Source: a virus
IMG/VR virus record: IMGVR_UViG_3300046716_000020
DNA: 41,643 nt
Direction: 5' to 3' (one strand)
Part shown: positions 14,587 to 22,309 of the stretch, one piece after another
Position numbering within the stretch: the first letter of the stretch is position 1
Layout: every line of letters begins with the position of its first letter
Program-made: the position numbers and the translations under genes
Notes under the pieces: generated by a model
Told to the model about the DNA's origin: nothing
What the model saw: only the letters and a program-made list of their open reading frames with translations
The model's database searches: none

Positions 14587-14645
14587 CGGGGCCGACTCTA
14601 GAGGCCCGGAGGGGGTGGACAACCGATGGAGTCTTACCGTCCCAG

Positions 14646-14674
14646 TTGCGATCCGAACTGACTCATGAGAGGCT
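14646..14674 (+). promoter_or_regulatory. Promoter family copy: TTGCGA, 17 nt tccgaactgactcatga, GAGGCT, 6 nt, ATG 14681
   Basis: Same geometry as the other copies. The -10 is imperfect (G at position 1). Confidence 0.5.
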
Positions 14675-14680
14675 TGCCCC

Positions 14681-15328
14681 ATGACCAACTTTCAAGATCA
14701 ACCGATGGATCCTTCAGGAACCTCCCCCCTGGCCGGACATCTCCAGACCAGGGAGTGGATCGACCGGGTCAGGGCACTCCAAGGCACACGGGGTGGGTAC
14801 GGGGCTGCCCGACGTCAGCTGATGGACGAGTTGCATGCCAAGGCTCTCGCCGAGGATGCCGCCCGCTCCCCTGGCCGGTTCCTCGACGTGCTGGCGGAGA
14901 TCGGCAGGCTTCAGGCGAAGCTGACCGAGATGCACCGGATCGAGAACGCCGTTCAGGAGGCGTTCCTCGCGGTCCGGTCCGTGATGCATGCGGCGATCGA
15001 TGAGCGGCGGAAGGTGGAGGCGGAGATCGGCAGACTGGCACGAGAGGCCTCATCCCGCCCCCTGAGCGCGCCGCAGACGGACGAACAGGCCCCGGTGAGG
15101 GGTACGGGCACCCTCGGGGCGCAGAACGGTCCTCAGGGCGTCTACCCGTTCTACTGGGCTCCCGGCAAGGCGTTCCGCTGGAGGTCGCCCCGGTTGGGTA
15201 CGGAACGAACCGGACACCTGGTGCGCAAGTCAGGTGACTACTGGGCGGTCGATCTCGATCTTCTCGATTCTTTCGGATCGTTCCGTACCACGCTCAGGGA
15301 GGATCAGTTGCTTTCCGCACTTGACTAG
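14681..15328 (+). CDS. Hypothetical protein (215 aa), coiled-coil-like centre
   Basis: The ATG sits exactly 6 nt after the family -10 (leaderless geometry). Confidence 0.75.
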   Translation: MTNFQDQPMDPSGTSPLAGHLQTREWIDRVRALQGTRGGYGAARRQLMDELHAKALAEDAARSPGRFLDVLAEIGRLQAKLTEMHRIENAVQEAFLAVRSVMHAAIDERRKVEAEIGRLAREASSRPLSAPQTDEQAPVRGTGTLGAQNGPQGVYPFYWAPGKAFRWRSPRLGTERTGHLVRKSGDYWAVDLDLLDSFGSFRTTLREDQLLSALD

Positions 15329-15343
15329 GTGTATGTTCAGGTC

Positions 15344-15535
15344 ATGCGGACGAACGAAGAGATCCTGAAGGCGACCGGCGGCTACCACCAGGGCACGCAG
15401 ACGAACGTGATCGGACCGGAGATGCGGCAGATGCTCGAGGCGGGGCTGATCGGCGAGAGCGGCGGGCTCACCCGCAAGGGCAGCATCCTCGCGGAGCGGC
15501 TACAGAACGCCCAGCTGGAAGACCTGTTCGGCTGA
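15344..15535 (+). CDS. Hypothetical protein (63 aa)
   Basis: ATG within ORF 15329..15535. The stop overlaps the next ATG (TGATG). Confidence 0.55.
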   Translation: MRTNEEILKATGGYHQGTQTNVIGPEMRQMLEAGLIGESGGLTRKGSILAERLQNAQLEDLFG

Positions 15536-15759
15536 TGGCCTGTCGTAACGGATGCGGAGCAGTGACGCCAGCACAGGCGCACTGCTCCGTCTGTCATCGC
15601 ACGTTCGGTGGAATCGGTGGATTCGACAGGCATCGAATCGGCGGCGAGTGTCTTGATCCCGATGGTCTCGGGATGACACTCAGGGGTTCCGTCTGGCGTA
15701 CGCCCGCGACCGCCAAGGGCCTGGAATGGCTTCAGGGTGTTAGGACCAGGGTAAGTTGA
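15535..15759 (+). CDS. Zinc-finger-like small protein (CRNGCG...CSVCHRTF...FDRHR)
   Basis: Cys/His pattern. Translationally coupled to the upstream gene. Confidence 0.65.
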   Translation: MACRNGCGAVTPAQAHCSVCHRTFGGIGGFDRHRIGGECLDPDGLGMTLRGSVWRTPATAKGLEWLQGVRTRVS

Positions 15760-15796
15760 TCATCCCCTTCGGCTGCGGCTTAGTTAGGATACCCTT

Positions 15797-16300
15797 ATGA
15801 TCATCATCGCCTTCGAGGTGCCAGGCGTGCAGCCCCGGCCCAAGGGCTCGCTCAACGGTCGCTGCCTCAGGGACCGGAAGCACACGATCGTCTACCGCGA
15901 ACAGGTGGCCGATTCGAAGAAGTACCGCAACCGGGTCAAAGAAGCCTGCGTGAAAGAGATGTGCACGCTCGGAATCGAGATCGATGAGCCGATAATCCCG
16001 ACGCAATGGGGTGCGGTGGACGTCCGGGCGAGCTTCTTCATCGCCAAAAGCCGAGTGGTCAGCGCCGGAAAACTCACCGACAAGTACTGGCCGTCACACG
16101 AAGCCGCTCCATTCCCGACCACGCACGATATCGGCGACCTGGACAAGATGTGTCGCAATGTGGGTGACGCTCTCAAGGATGCCCGCCTGATCAACGATGA
16201 CTCGCAGATAGCGACATGGCTCAATCCGAAGAAGCGCTGGGCTCCGGACAACATCCCGACCACCTTCATCGAGGTGTGGGAGGCTGAAAATGAACGGTAA
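15797..16300 (+). CDS. rusA: RusA-like Holliday junction resolvase
   Basis: DIGDLDKMCRNVGDALKDARLINDDSQI matches the RusA catalytic D..D.K...DAL....DDSQ signature. Confidence 0.85.
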   Translation: MIIIAFEVPGVQPRPKGSLNGRCLRDRKHTIVYREQVADSKKYRNRVKEACVKEMCTLGIEIDEPIIPTQWGAVDVRASFFIAKSRVVSAGKLTDKYWPSHEAAPFPTTHDIGDLDKMCRNVGDALKDARLINDDSQIATWLNPKKRWAPDNIPTTFIEVWEAENER

Positions 16301-17141
16301 CGAGGAAGCCGACCTGATCCGGGAAGCCGAGCAGGAGAATCGGGAACGTGCCGAGAAGATCGCCAACAGCCACCTCCTGAGCACGTCATGCGTGAACTGT
16401 TCCGCCCCCACCCTGGCCGTTGCGGAACGCGTACGGGAAGCCAGATGTGGGGAATGCATCCGGGCACGACACGGAGCCGGAGGTGTCTACAAGGGATCGT
16501 ACGGCCCTGTGGTCGGCTATCCCCTCGGGCAGGCTCCCGAACGCGAGCCCGTCCATGACCCCTACCCGGGACCTGAGTCTGTCGGACAGTGGATACGCGA
16601 TCCTGACGGCCGGCTACGGTTCGCCGACCTTCCCGCACCGGTATCCGTGACGGACCTGATCGGGTTCGCGCGCAATGCGGGCTGGCCGGACGTCCGGATC
16701 CGCTACTCACGGGGGCGGCCGTCACACTCGACCACAGGAAAACCGACCGCGCTGTCGCATCTCATCGCCGTTCGTCTCAGCGGCAACGGGCCGAATCATG
16801 CTGTCGCCGTCTACGTCAAACCGGTGACCGGGGGAGCGTGGGCATGGAAAACGGTCTGGCTGTTCGGTCCCGACCTGAAACCGTTCGGGGAATGCGGTGT
16901 GACGGAACTCAAGGACTGGCTTGCCCGCGGCGGCAATGTCGGACCCGAATGGTACGAGGAGATCGTGGCTCGGCACGCCGAGGCCGACGCGCGGAAGAAG
17001 CAGAAACTGGCCTGCGATGCCGGACGGCACGCTGACGTCGCGAAGGTCGGTGACATGTCGGTCTGCCGGTTGTGCGAGCACACGTGGGACGATGGGGAGC
17101 AGCCGTGGCGGAAGGCGAAGAAGGCGAAAGAACACGCCTGA
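16290..17141 (+). CDS. Hypothetical protein (283 aa) with N- and C-terminal Cys pairs
   Basis: Long ORF that overlaps the rusA end by 11 nt. Confidence 0.7.
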   Translation: MNGNEEADLIREAEQENRERAEKIANSHLLSTSCVNCSAPTLAVAERVREARCGECIRARHGAGGVYKGSYGPVVGYPLGQAPEREPVHDPYPGPESVGQWIRDPDGRLRFADLPAPVSVTDLIGFARNAGWPDVRIRYSRGRPSHSTTGKPTALSHLIAVRLSGNGPNHAVAVYVKPVTGGAWAWKTVWLFGPDLKPFGECGVTELKDWLARGGNVGPEWYEEIVARHAEADARKKQKLACDAGRHADVAKVGDMSVCRLCEHTWDDGEQPWRKAKKAKEHA

Positions 17142-17216
17142 AACCTCATGTTCTAAAGCGCTTTAACTGGTAGATATGTCCATAAAAGTCCTGTTACGAA
17201 ACGCTCGGAGTTGATC

Positions 17217-17741
17217 ATGGAAGAGTTCGGGCCGTTCGATCCGCAGCGGTACGCCGACAGCCGCAGGGACCGTGACGGCGGTGCGCCCCAGGTTACCCGG
17301 CTCGACGGCCGCAACGGGGCGATCTGGAGGCAGTACACGATCTACCGCCGTACCCAGGAGGAGATCGCCGAAGAGTTCGGGATCAGTCAGACGAGCGTGA
17401 GTCAGATCATCGCCGAGATCCGTGCCGGGATCCCGAAGCACGATCTCGACGCTATGCGACAGGAATCGCTCGAACTGTACCGAGAGTTGACGCGGCGCGC
17501 CCTGGAGATCGTGGATCTGGTGCCCGCACCGGTCTACGTCGGCAAGGACGGAGCCATCGCCTACGACGACCAGGGCAAGGTAGTACGTGACTACTCCGGC
17601 CGGCTTCGGGCGATCGAGACCGCCGCGAAGATGGAGGATCACACGCGCAAGCTGATGGGTCTGGACGCGGCCACGAAGCAGGAAGTGTCAGGAAGTGTCA
17701 AGTACGAGATGATCGGCATCGATGAGTCTGATCTGACGTAG
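17217..17741 (+). CDS. HTH (sigma-70 region-4-like) DNA-binding protein; candidate small terminase or late regulator
   Basis: RTQEEIAEEFGISQTSVSQII is an HTH. Helical C-terminal half. GGAG lies 7 nt upstream of ATG 17217. It is separated from terL by four genes. Confidence 0.65.
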   Translation: MEEFGPFDPQRYADSRRDRDGGAPQVTRLDGRNGAIWRQYTIYRRTQEEIAEEFGISQTSVSQIIAEIRAGIPKHDLDAMRQESLELYRELTRRALEIVDLVPAPVYVGKDGAIAYDDQGKVVRDYSGRLRAIETAAKMEDHTRKLMGLDAATKQEVSGSVKYEMIGIDESDLT

Positions 17742-17760
17742 GGGGATGGGGGGAATCGTG

Positions 17761-18075
17761 ATGAGTGAACAGGAATATGACCGTTTTCGGAAAGAGATGC
17801 ACGATCGGGATCAGACGGAAATCGCGCTACGTGTCGAAATCGGCATCCTGAGGTACCGACTGGAGTTGGCGGAAGCCGCACTGACCGGACGCGTCCGGAT
17901 CGGCCAGGGGGGTAATCCCGAGCCATGGCGGGGAACTGCGCAGACGGATGATGATGTCGAAGGGTCGCCGCTCGGTGGGCGTCGGCTGTACGCCAGCGAG
18001 ATGACGCCGTTAGGTGACCGGTTGCGCGCGCCGATCGACGCAGTCGGACCGACCGAAGGGCCTTGGGATGACTGA
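17761..18075 (+). CDS. Hypothetical protein (104 aa), coiled-coil N-terminus
   Basis: ATG 17761 is preceded by a GGGGGGA run. Confidence 0.6.
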   Translation: MSEQEYDRFRKEMHDRDQTEIALRVEIGILRYRLELAEAALTGRVRIGQGGNPEPWRGTAQTDDDVEGSPLGGRRLYASEMTPLGDRLRAPIDAVGPTEGPWDD

Positions 18076-18313
18076 TCCTCTAGGCTTGTCGGCTCAGCAA
18101 CGCTGGCAGAGCGATCGCACCGAGGCACTGGAGGCTTTCGTGGCGAAGTACGGGGAGCGCATTCAGCTTGCCACAGACGGCATGTGGTATGTCCGGGACG
18201 GCGACCGGATGCTCATGGTGGACCTGCCTCCCTGGCCGAAGGATGATCCGGTACGGCCGGCTACTCTAGCTGAGGCGTATCGGGTAGTCGGGGAGACCGT
18301 CAGGAAGTTGTGA
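18068..18313 (+). CDS. Hypothetical protein (81 aa)
   Basis: ATG 18068 overlaps the upstream gene by 8 nt (ATGACTGA). Confidence 0.6.
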   Translation: MTDPLGLSAQQRWQSDRTEALEAFVAKYGERIQLATDGMWYVRDGDRMLMVDLPPWPKDDPVRPATLAEAYRVVGETVRKL

Positions 18314-18336
18314 TCTGAACTGATCTCGACTAGACT
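18308..18336 (+). promoter_or_regulatory. Promoter family copy: TTGTGA, 17 nt tctgaactgatctcgac, TAGACT, 6 nt, ATG 18343
   Basis: The -35 overlaps the stop codon of 18068..18313. Best match to the family consensus. Confidence 0.7.
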
Positions 18337-18342
18337 TCAGGT

Positions 18343-18492
18343 ATGACGGACAGCGAAGAAGTCAGCGCGAGGCTCCTGAGGGCCGAGACGGAACGGAAGC
18401 TACGGGAACAACTGAAGGATCAGCCGAAGATCGCACTGGAGATCCGCAAGGCAACCGGCAGCAAGCGACGTCGCAAGGCTCACGAGAACTAA
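18343..18492 (+). CDS. Leaderless 49-aa basic ORF (MTDSEEVSARLLRAETERKLREQLKDQPKIALEIRKATGSKRRRKAHEN)
   Basis: Not in the track. ATG is 6 nt after the -10. Third positions are G/C-rich. Followed immediately by hairpin 18495-18520. Confidence 0.55.
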   Translation: MTDSEEVSARLLRAETERKLREQLKDQPKIALEIRKATGSKRRRKAHEN

Positions 18493-18494
18493 TC

Positions 18495-18520
18495 GAAAGC
18501 CCCGGGAAACCGGGGCTTTC
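18495..18520 (+). terminator. 11-bp stem / GAAA tetraloop hairpin followed by TTCT; terminator or attenuator between the leaderless ORF and the methyltransferase
   Basis: GAAAGCCCCGG-gaaa-CCGGGGCTTTC. Confidence 0.6.
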
Positions 18521-18535
18521 TTCTGAAAAGGGGAT

Positions 18536-19663
18536 GTGTCGGTGAAGGCATTGGACCTGTTTGCGGGTGCGGGTGGCTGGGATGTGGCTGCCGAACGGAT
18601 GGGATGGGATGTCGACGGCATGGAGATCATGTCCGCCGCGCGCCTTACTCGGTTTGCTGCCGGACTTCGTACGGTCGCTTCCGATGTGACGAAGGTCCGG
18701 CTCAATCGCGGTGAAGCTGCGGAGTATGACGCTCTTCTCGCATCGCCCCCATGTCAGCCATTCAGTGTAACGGGGAACGGAAGCGGTCGGAAAGACTTTG
18801 ATCACGTTCTCAAGGGTGTCGAGATGTACGTGGATGGGGCAGATTTTCTTGCGCAGGAATATCTCATGGGCTTCGGCGATCCTCGAACCGCGCTTGTTCT
18901 AGAACCGTTGCGTATCGCGCTGGAGATGATGCCGCGTTTCATCGCGTGGGAACAAGTCCCTACGGTGATGCCCGTATGGGAAGCCTGCGCGGTCGCACTT
19001 GTCCAGCACGGATATTCGGTGAGGCTGGGAATCCTCAACGCCGAACAGTACGGCGTTCCGCAGACACGGCGTCGTGCCATCCTCGTGGCCTCACGTGACA
19101 CTGTGGCCCGACTCCCCACTCCAACACATTCCCGCTTTCACGTGCGTACCCCTGACCGCCTGGACGATGGTGTCAAACCATGGGTGAGCATGGCTGAGGC
19201 GTTGGACTGGACGGGAAGTGTCGAAGCGGTCAGCAACTACGGAACGGGTGGTGATGCGAGCAATCGGGGGACGCGTCACGGTAGCGAACCGTTCGCCACC
19301 GTGACGAGCAAAGTCGATCGTGTCGTGTTGCGCTCCAGTGGACAGTCTCGGGCGACCGTTCGCGACATTGATCAACCGTCACCCACGCTGACCGCAGGAC
19401 ATGATCACAACGAACGCGTATGGACGCTGCGCAATGGAAATCAGGCGAACGCGTGCGCGCGTGAGGCCACGCAGCGCGCGAACTGGACGGAATGGATGCA
19501 TGAAGGCGGTACGCGCAAGCTCTCCATCAGAGAAGCCGCTGTGCTACAGACCTTCCCCGCGGACTTCCCGTTCCAGGGAACCAAAGGTGAGCAGTTCTTG
19601 CAGGTCGGCAACGCCATCCCTCCGTTGCTCGCCGAGGCGATCTTGACGGCACTGACAGAATAA
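18536..19663 (+). CDS. DNA (cytosine-5)-methyltransferase
   Basis: Motif I DLFAGAGG, motif IV PPCQPFS, motif VI (ENV-like) WEQVP, motif VIII QTRRR, motif X GNAIPP. The start may be GTG 18536 or GTG 18542. Confidence 0.9.
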   Translation: MSVKALDLFAGAGGWDVAAERMGWDVDGMEIMSAARLTRFAAGLRTVASDVTKVRLNRGEAAEYDALLASPPCQPFSVTGNGSGRKDFDHVLKGVEMYVDGADFLAQEYLMGFGDPRTALVLEPLRIALEMMPRFIAWEQVPTVMPVWEACAVALVQHGYSVRLGILNAEQYGVPQTRRRAILVASRDTVARLPTPTHSRFHVRTPDRLDDGVKPWVSMAEALDWTGSVEAVSNYGTGGDASNRGTRHGSEPFATVTSKVDRVVLRSSGQSRATVRDIDQPSPTLTAGHDHNERVWTLRNGNQANACAREATQRANWTEWMHEGGTRKLSIREAAVLQTFPADFPFQGTKGEQFLQVGNAIPPLLAEAILTALTE

Positions 19664-19664
19664 G

Positions 19665-21092
19665 TTGCTCAAGTTCGGATACCCTCCGGGTATGGCTACA
19701 GCGACGAAACGCTTCCACCTACGCGGTGCAGCGCAACAGGTGATCAAACTCAAGAACGATGAGGTTCTCATCGCAGGCCCCGCCGGTACGGGCAAGAGCT
19801 ACGGTGCCATCGCCAAGCTGCACATGATGGCGCTCGCAAACGGCAAGTGCCCCGATCCGTGTCCGCTCGTTCACGATCTGCTCCCCGAGGGGTATCACTG
19901 GACGCAGGGCGCGCGGATCCTCATGGTGCGCAAGACGCTCGTGTCTCTCTCGGCTACGGGAGTACAGACCTACAAACAGGACGTCGCCGCTGAGGCACTC
20001 GCCGCGGGGATCGTGGAGTTCTACGGCGGAAGCCGCGATGAGCCGCCGCAGTACCGCTACAGCAACGGATCGAAGATCATGCTGGCGGGCATGGACAACC
20101 CGACAAAGGTCATGTCGTCACAGTTCGATGTGGTCTATGTCCAGGAGGCGACCGAGCTTACTCCCACCGACTGGGAGAAGTGCACGACGCGGTTGCGTAA
20201 CGGCAGGCTCAGCTTTCAGCAGATCATCGCCGACTGCAACCCAGAACAGCCGACGCATTGGCTGAAGCTGCGATGCGATGAAAAGAAAACCGTGATGCTG
20301 TACGGCAAGCACACAGACAATCCCATCCTGTTCGATGTAGTGGACGGCGAGTATGTCCCCACCGAACGCGGTAAGGCCTACCTGAAGAAGCTCAACAACC
20401 TTACCGGTGTTCGGAAGCTGCGGTTGTTCGGCGGAGTATGGGCGGCGGCAGAAGGTGTGATCTTTGAGGACTTCGACCCCTCCATTCACATCTCAAGCCG
20501 CAAGCGCCTACCGCAGGAATGGGCACGCGTATGGGGAATCGACTTCGGGTACACAAATCCGTTCTGCTGGCAGCAATGGGCACGCGACCCTGACGGCCGG
20601 CTATGGCTGGAGCACGAGATATACCGCACAAAGCGGACCGTACGCGAGCACTGCGCGCAGATCATGCGGGTGGTGACGAAGCAGGACGGTAAGACGTGGA
20701 AGTATCCGCGTCCGGAATACATCGTGTGCGATCACGATGCGGAAGATCGGGCCACCTTCAGCAAAGAGATGGGCATGGTCACCCGCGCGGCCAGGAAGAG
20801 TGTCAGCCCGGGGATTCAGGCAATGCAGCATCGATTCAAGCTCGCTGGCGATGGGATGCCGAGGATCTTCCTCCTGGCCGATTCCCTGGTGGATCGGGAT
20901 GAGGAGGTGGCCGAGGCCGGCCTTCCGCTCGGTCTGATCGGCGAGCTTCCGGGCTACATCTGGAAGCCGGGGCCTGACGGCAAGCCCATCCCTGATGAGC
21001 CGTTGAAGCAGGACGATCACTCGTGCGATACGACTCGTTACGTGATCGCCGAGGAAGACCTGAAGGCGAAAGTTCGTGTGCGTCATCTGTAG
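19665..21092 (+). CDS. terL: Terminase large subunit
   Basis: Walker A GPAGTGKSYG and Walker B-like VVYVQEATE. The C-terminal nuclease region carries acidic motifs. TTG 19665 or ATG 19692 are possible starts. Confidence 0.9.
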   Translation: MLKFGYPPGMATATKRFHLRGAAQQVIKLKNDEVLIAGPAGTGKSYGAIAKLHMMALANGKCPDPCPLVHDLLPEGYHWTQGARILMVRKTLVSLSATGVQTYKQDVAAEALAAGIVEFYGGSRDEPPQYRYSNGSKIMLAGMDNPTKVMSSQFDVVYVQEATELTPTDWEKCTTRLRNGRLSFQQIIADCNPEQPTHWLKLRCDEKKTVMLYGKHTDNPILFDVVDGEYVPTERGKAYLKKLNNLTGVRKLRLFGGVWAAAEGVIFEDFDPSIHISSRKRLPQEWARVWGIDFGYTNPFCWQQWARDPDGRLWLEHEIYRTKRTVREHCAQIMRVVTKQDGKTWKYPRPEYIVCDHDAEDRATFSKEMGMVTRAARKSVSPGIQAMQHRFKLAGDGMPRIFLLADSLVDRDEEVAEAGLPLGLIGELPGYIWKPGPDGKPIPDEPLKQDDHSCDTTRYVIAEEDLKAKVRVRHL

Positions 21093-21119
21093 TCAGTATG
21101 GATCAGTACTGATATAGTA

Positions 21120-21224
21120 ATGGTCATGATGCGTACATGGTTGGAAGAGAAGTTCGTCATGATCGGCTTTTGGACGATCGTCGGCGGTGTGACAGTGTTC
21201 TCCGCGCTCCCCATCATCATCTAG
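21120..21224 (+). CDS. Possible TM micro-protein (34 aa, or 21 aa from ATG 21159)
   Basis: Hydrophobic MIGFWTIVGGVTVFSALPIII. GGAAGAGAAG lies upstream of the internal ATG. Confidence 0.25.
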   Translation: MVMMRTWLEEKFVMIGFWTIVGGVTVFSALPIII

Positions 21225-21240
21225 CATCATCCGTAATCAG

Positions 21241-21269
21241 TTGCGATTCTGACTGGCTTACGGTAGGCT
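21241..21269 (+). promoter_or_regulatory. Promoter family copy: TTGCGA, 17 nt ttctgactggcttacgg, TAGGCT, 6 nt, ATG 21276
   Basis: Same -35/-10/ATG geometry. Located between terL and the small-ORF block. Confidence 0.6.
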
Positions 21270-21275
21270 GAGTGC

Positions 21276-21431
21276 ATGTCGAAGCCCAGCAAGGATGCCG
21301 TGGACATGGCTGTCAAGATGTCCAAGATCAAGCCGTCGAAGTGCAAGACGGAGACGCACAGCGTCATCACCCGCGACAGGCACGGCGTGACCCGGACCGA
21401 GGTCACGAAGAAGATCGGAGAGGGTAAGTGA
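21276..21431 (+). CDS. Leaderless 51-aa Lys-rich ORF (MSKPSKDAVDMAVKMSKIKPSKCKTETHSVITRDRHGVTRTEVTKKIGEGK)
   Basis: Not in the track. Third positions are strongly G/C-biased. GTGA overlap with the next gene. Confidence 0.6.
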   Translation: MSKPSKDAVDMAVKMSKIKPSKCKTETHSVITRDRHGVTRTEVTKKIGEGK

Positions 21432-21850
21432 CTCTGGAGCTGGAACAGGCCATCGAGCACGCGGAAGCGATCGTGGCGGAACGCGGCGCCGACTTCGTGT
21501 ACAACCCAGGCGGTAACGGAATCTGCACGTACGTTCCGAAGAGCGATCCCCGCTGCCCGGTTTCGAAAATCATAGGGGATCGGGAAGTCGCCAAAGGTGC
21601 CGACATCTGCGGCTGTCTCGTCGGCGAGATCATCACACGTGCCGGTCTGATGACCGACGTCATCGCGAGTTATCGGGGTGGCGTTCGTTCGCTCGTCTCC
21701 GAGGAAGGTTTGCTGGACGTCTCCGACACTGCCGAAACCTTCCTTTATGATCTTCAGCGAACCCAAGATCGCGGAGCGAACTGGGGCGATGCTCTGGAGT
21801 CTGTCCGGTTGCTGCACAGCAAGGGCGGAACGTACCTCGGGAACGCGTGA
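21428..21850 (+). CDS. Hypothetical protein (140 aa)
   Basis: GTG start coupled to the upstream ORF. Contains CPVSKIIGD...ICGCLVG. Confidence 0.7.
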   Translation: MTLELEQAIEHAEAIVAERGADFVYNPGGNGICTYVPKSDPRCPVSKIIGDREVAKGADICGCLVGEIITRAGLMTDVIASYRGGVRSLVSEEGLLDVSDTAETFLYDLQRTQDRGANWGDALESVRLLHSKGGTYLGNA

Positions 21851-21996
21851 TGCCCGAAAAGAATGACGGGACTGATCGGCCGAAGCACTGGGGAAAGAAG
21901 AAACAGAGCAACGCCGATCAGTCTCATCCCGACAACAATCCCCCACCCGGCAAGAGCACGAACGCCCGAGCCGAGAGCAAACGGAAGAAGAAGTGA
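21850..21996 (+). CDS. 48-aa highly basic, low-complexity ORF (MPEKNDGTDRPKHWGKKKQSN...SKRKKK)
   Basis: TGATG overlaps at both ends. Not in the track. Confidence 0.5.
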   Translation: MPEKNDGTDRPKHWGKKKQSNADQSHPDNNPPPGKSTNARAESKRKKK

Positions 21997-22148
21997 TGCC
22001 GAAGCACCGAGCCGATTATCGTCAGGGCGGTCCCGTGCACGGCGGTAATCCCCGGCACGAGGCGGAGCACGCCGTCGAGACCGAGGCCGATAAGAAGATC
22101 AAGAAGGCCATCAAAGACCTGGAGAAGGAAACGGAGAAAGGCGAGTGA
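21996..22148 (+). CDS. 50-aa charged ORF (MPKHRADYRQGGPVHGGNPRHEAEHAVETEADKKIKKAIKDLEKETEKGE)
   Basis: TGATG overlap upstream and GTGA overlap downstream. Confidence 0.5.
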   Translation: MPKHRADYRQGGPVHGGNPRHEAEHAVETEADKKIKKAIKDLEKETEKGE

Positions 22149-22309
22149 GCCTGCTTCCGCGACACGCGCAAGACGATAGTGCCCGAACCGGGAACGGAAA
22201 GGACGACAGTCAGGCCAGGCCGAAGCGTCCGGTCTTCCGGAACCCGGACGGCACCCGTACCGAGCGGTACGGTCAGCAGAGTGCGCTTCGGATCCCGAGG
22301 GGGATGTGA
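22145..22309 (+). CDS. 54-aa ORF (GTG start; SLLPRHAQDDSARTGNGKDDSQARPKRPVFRNPDG...)
   Basis: GTGA overlap upstream and TGATG overlap downstream. Confidence 0.45.
   Translation: MSLLPRHAQDDSARTGNGKDDSQARPKRPVFRNPDGTRTERYGQQSALRIPRGM

Noticed and set aside
14405-14640. CRISPR array
   Set aside because: The repeats are only 9 bp (21 bp at most). Spacing is 11-23 bp with no unique spacers of 25-40 bp, copies occur in both orientations, and no cas genes are present. The pattern fits iterons.
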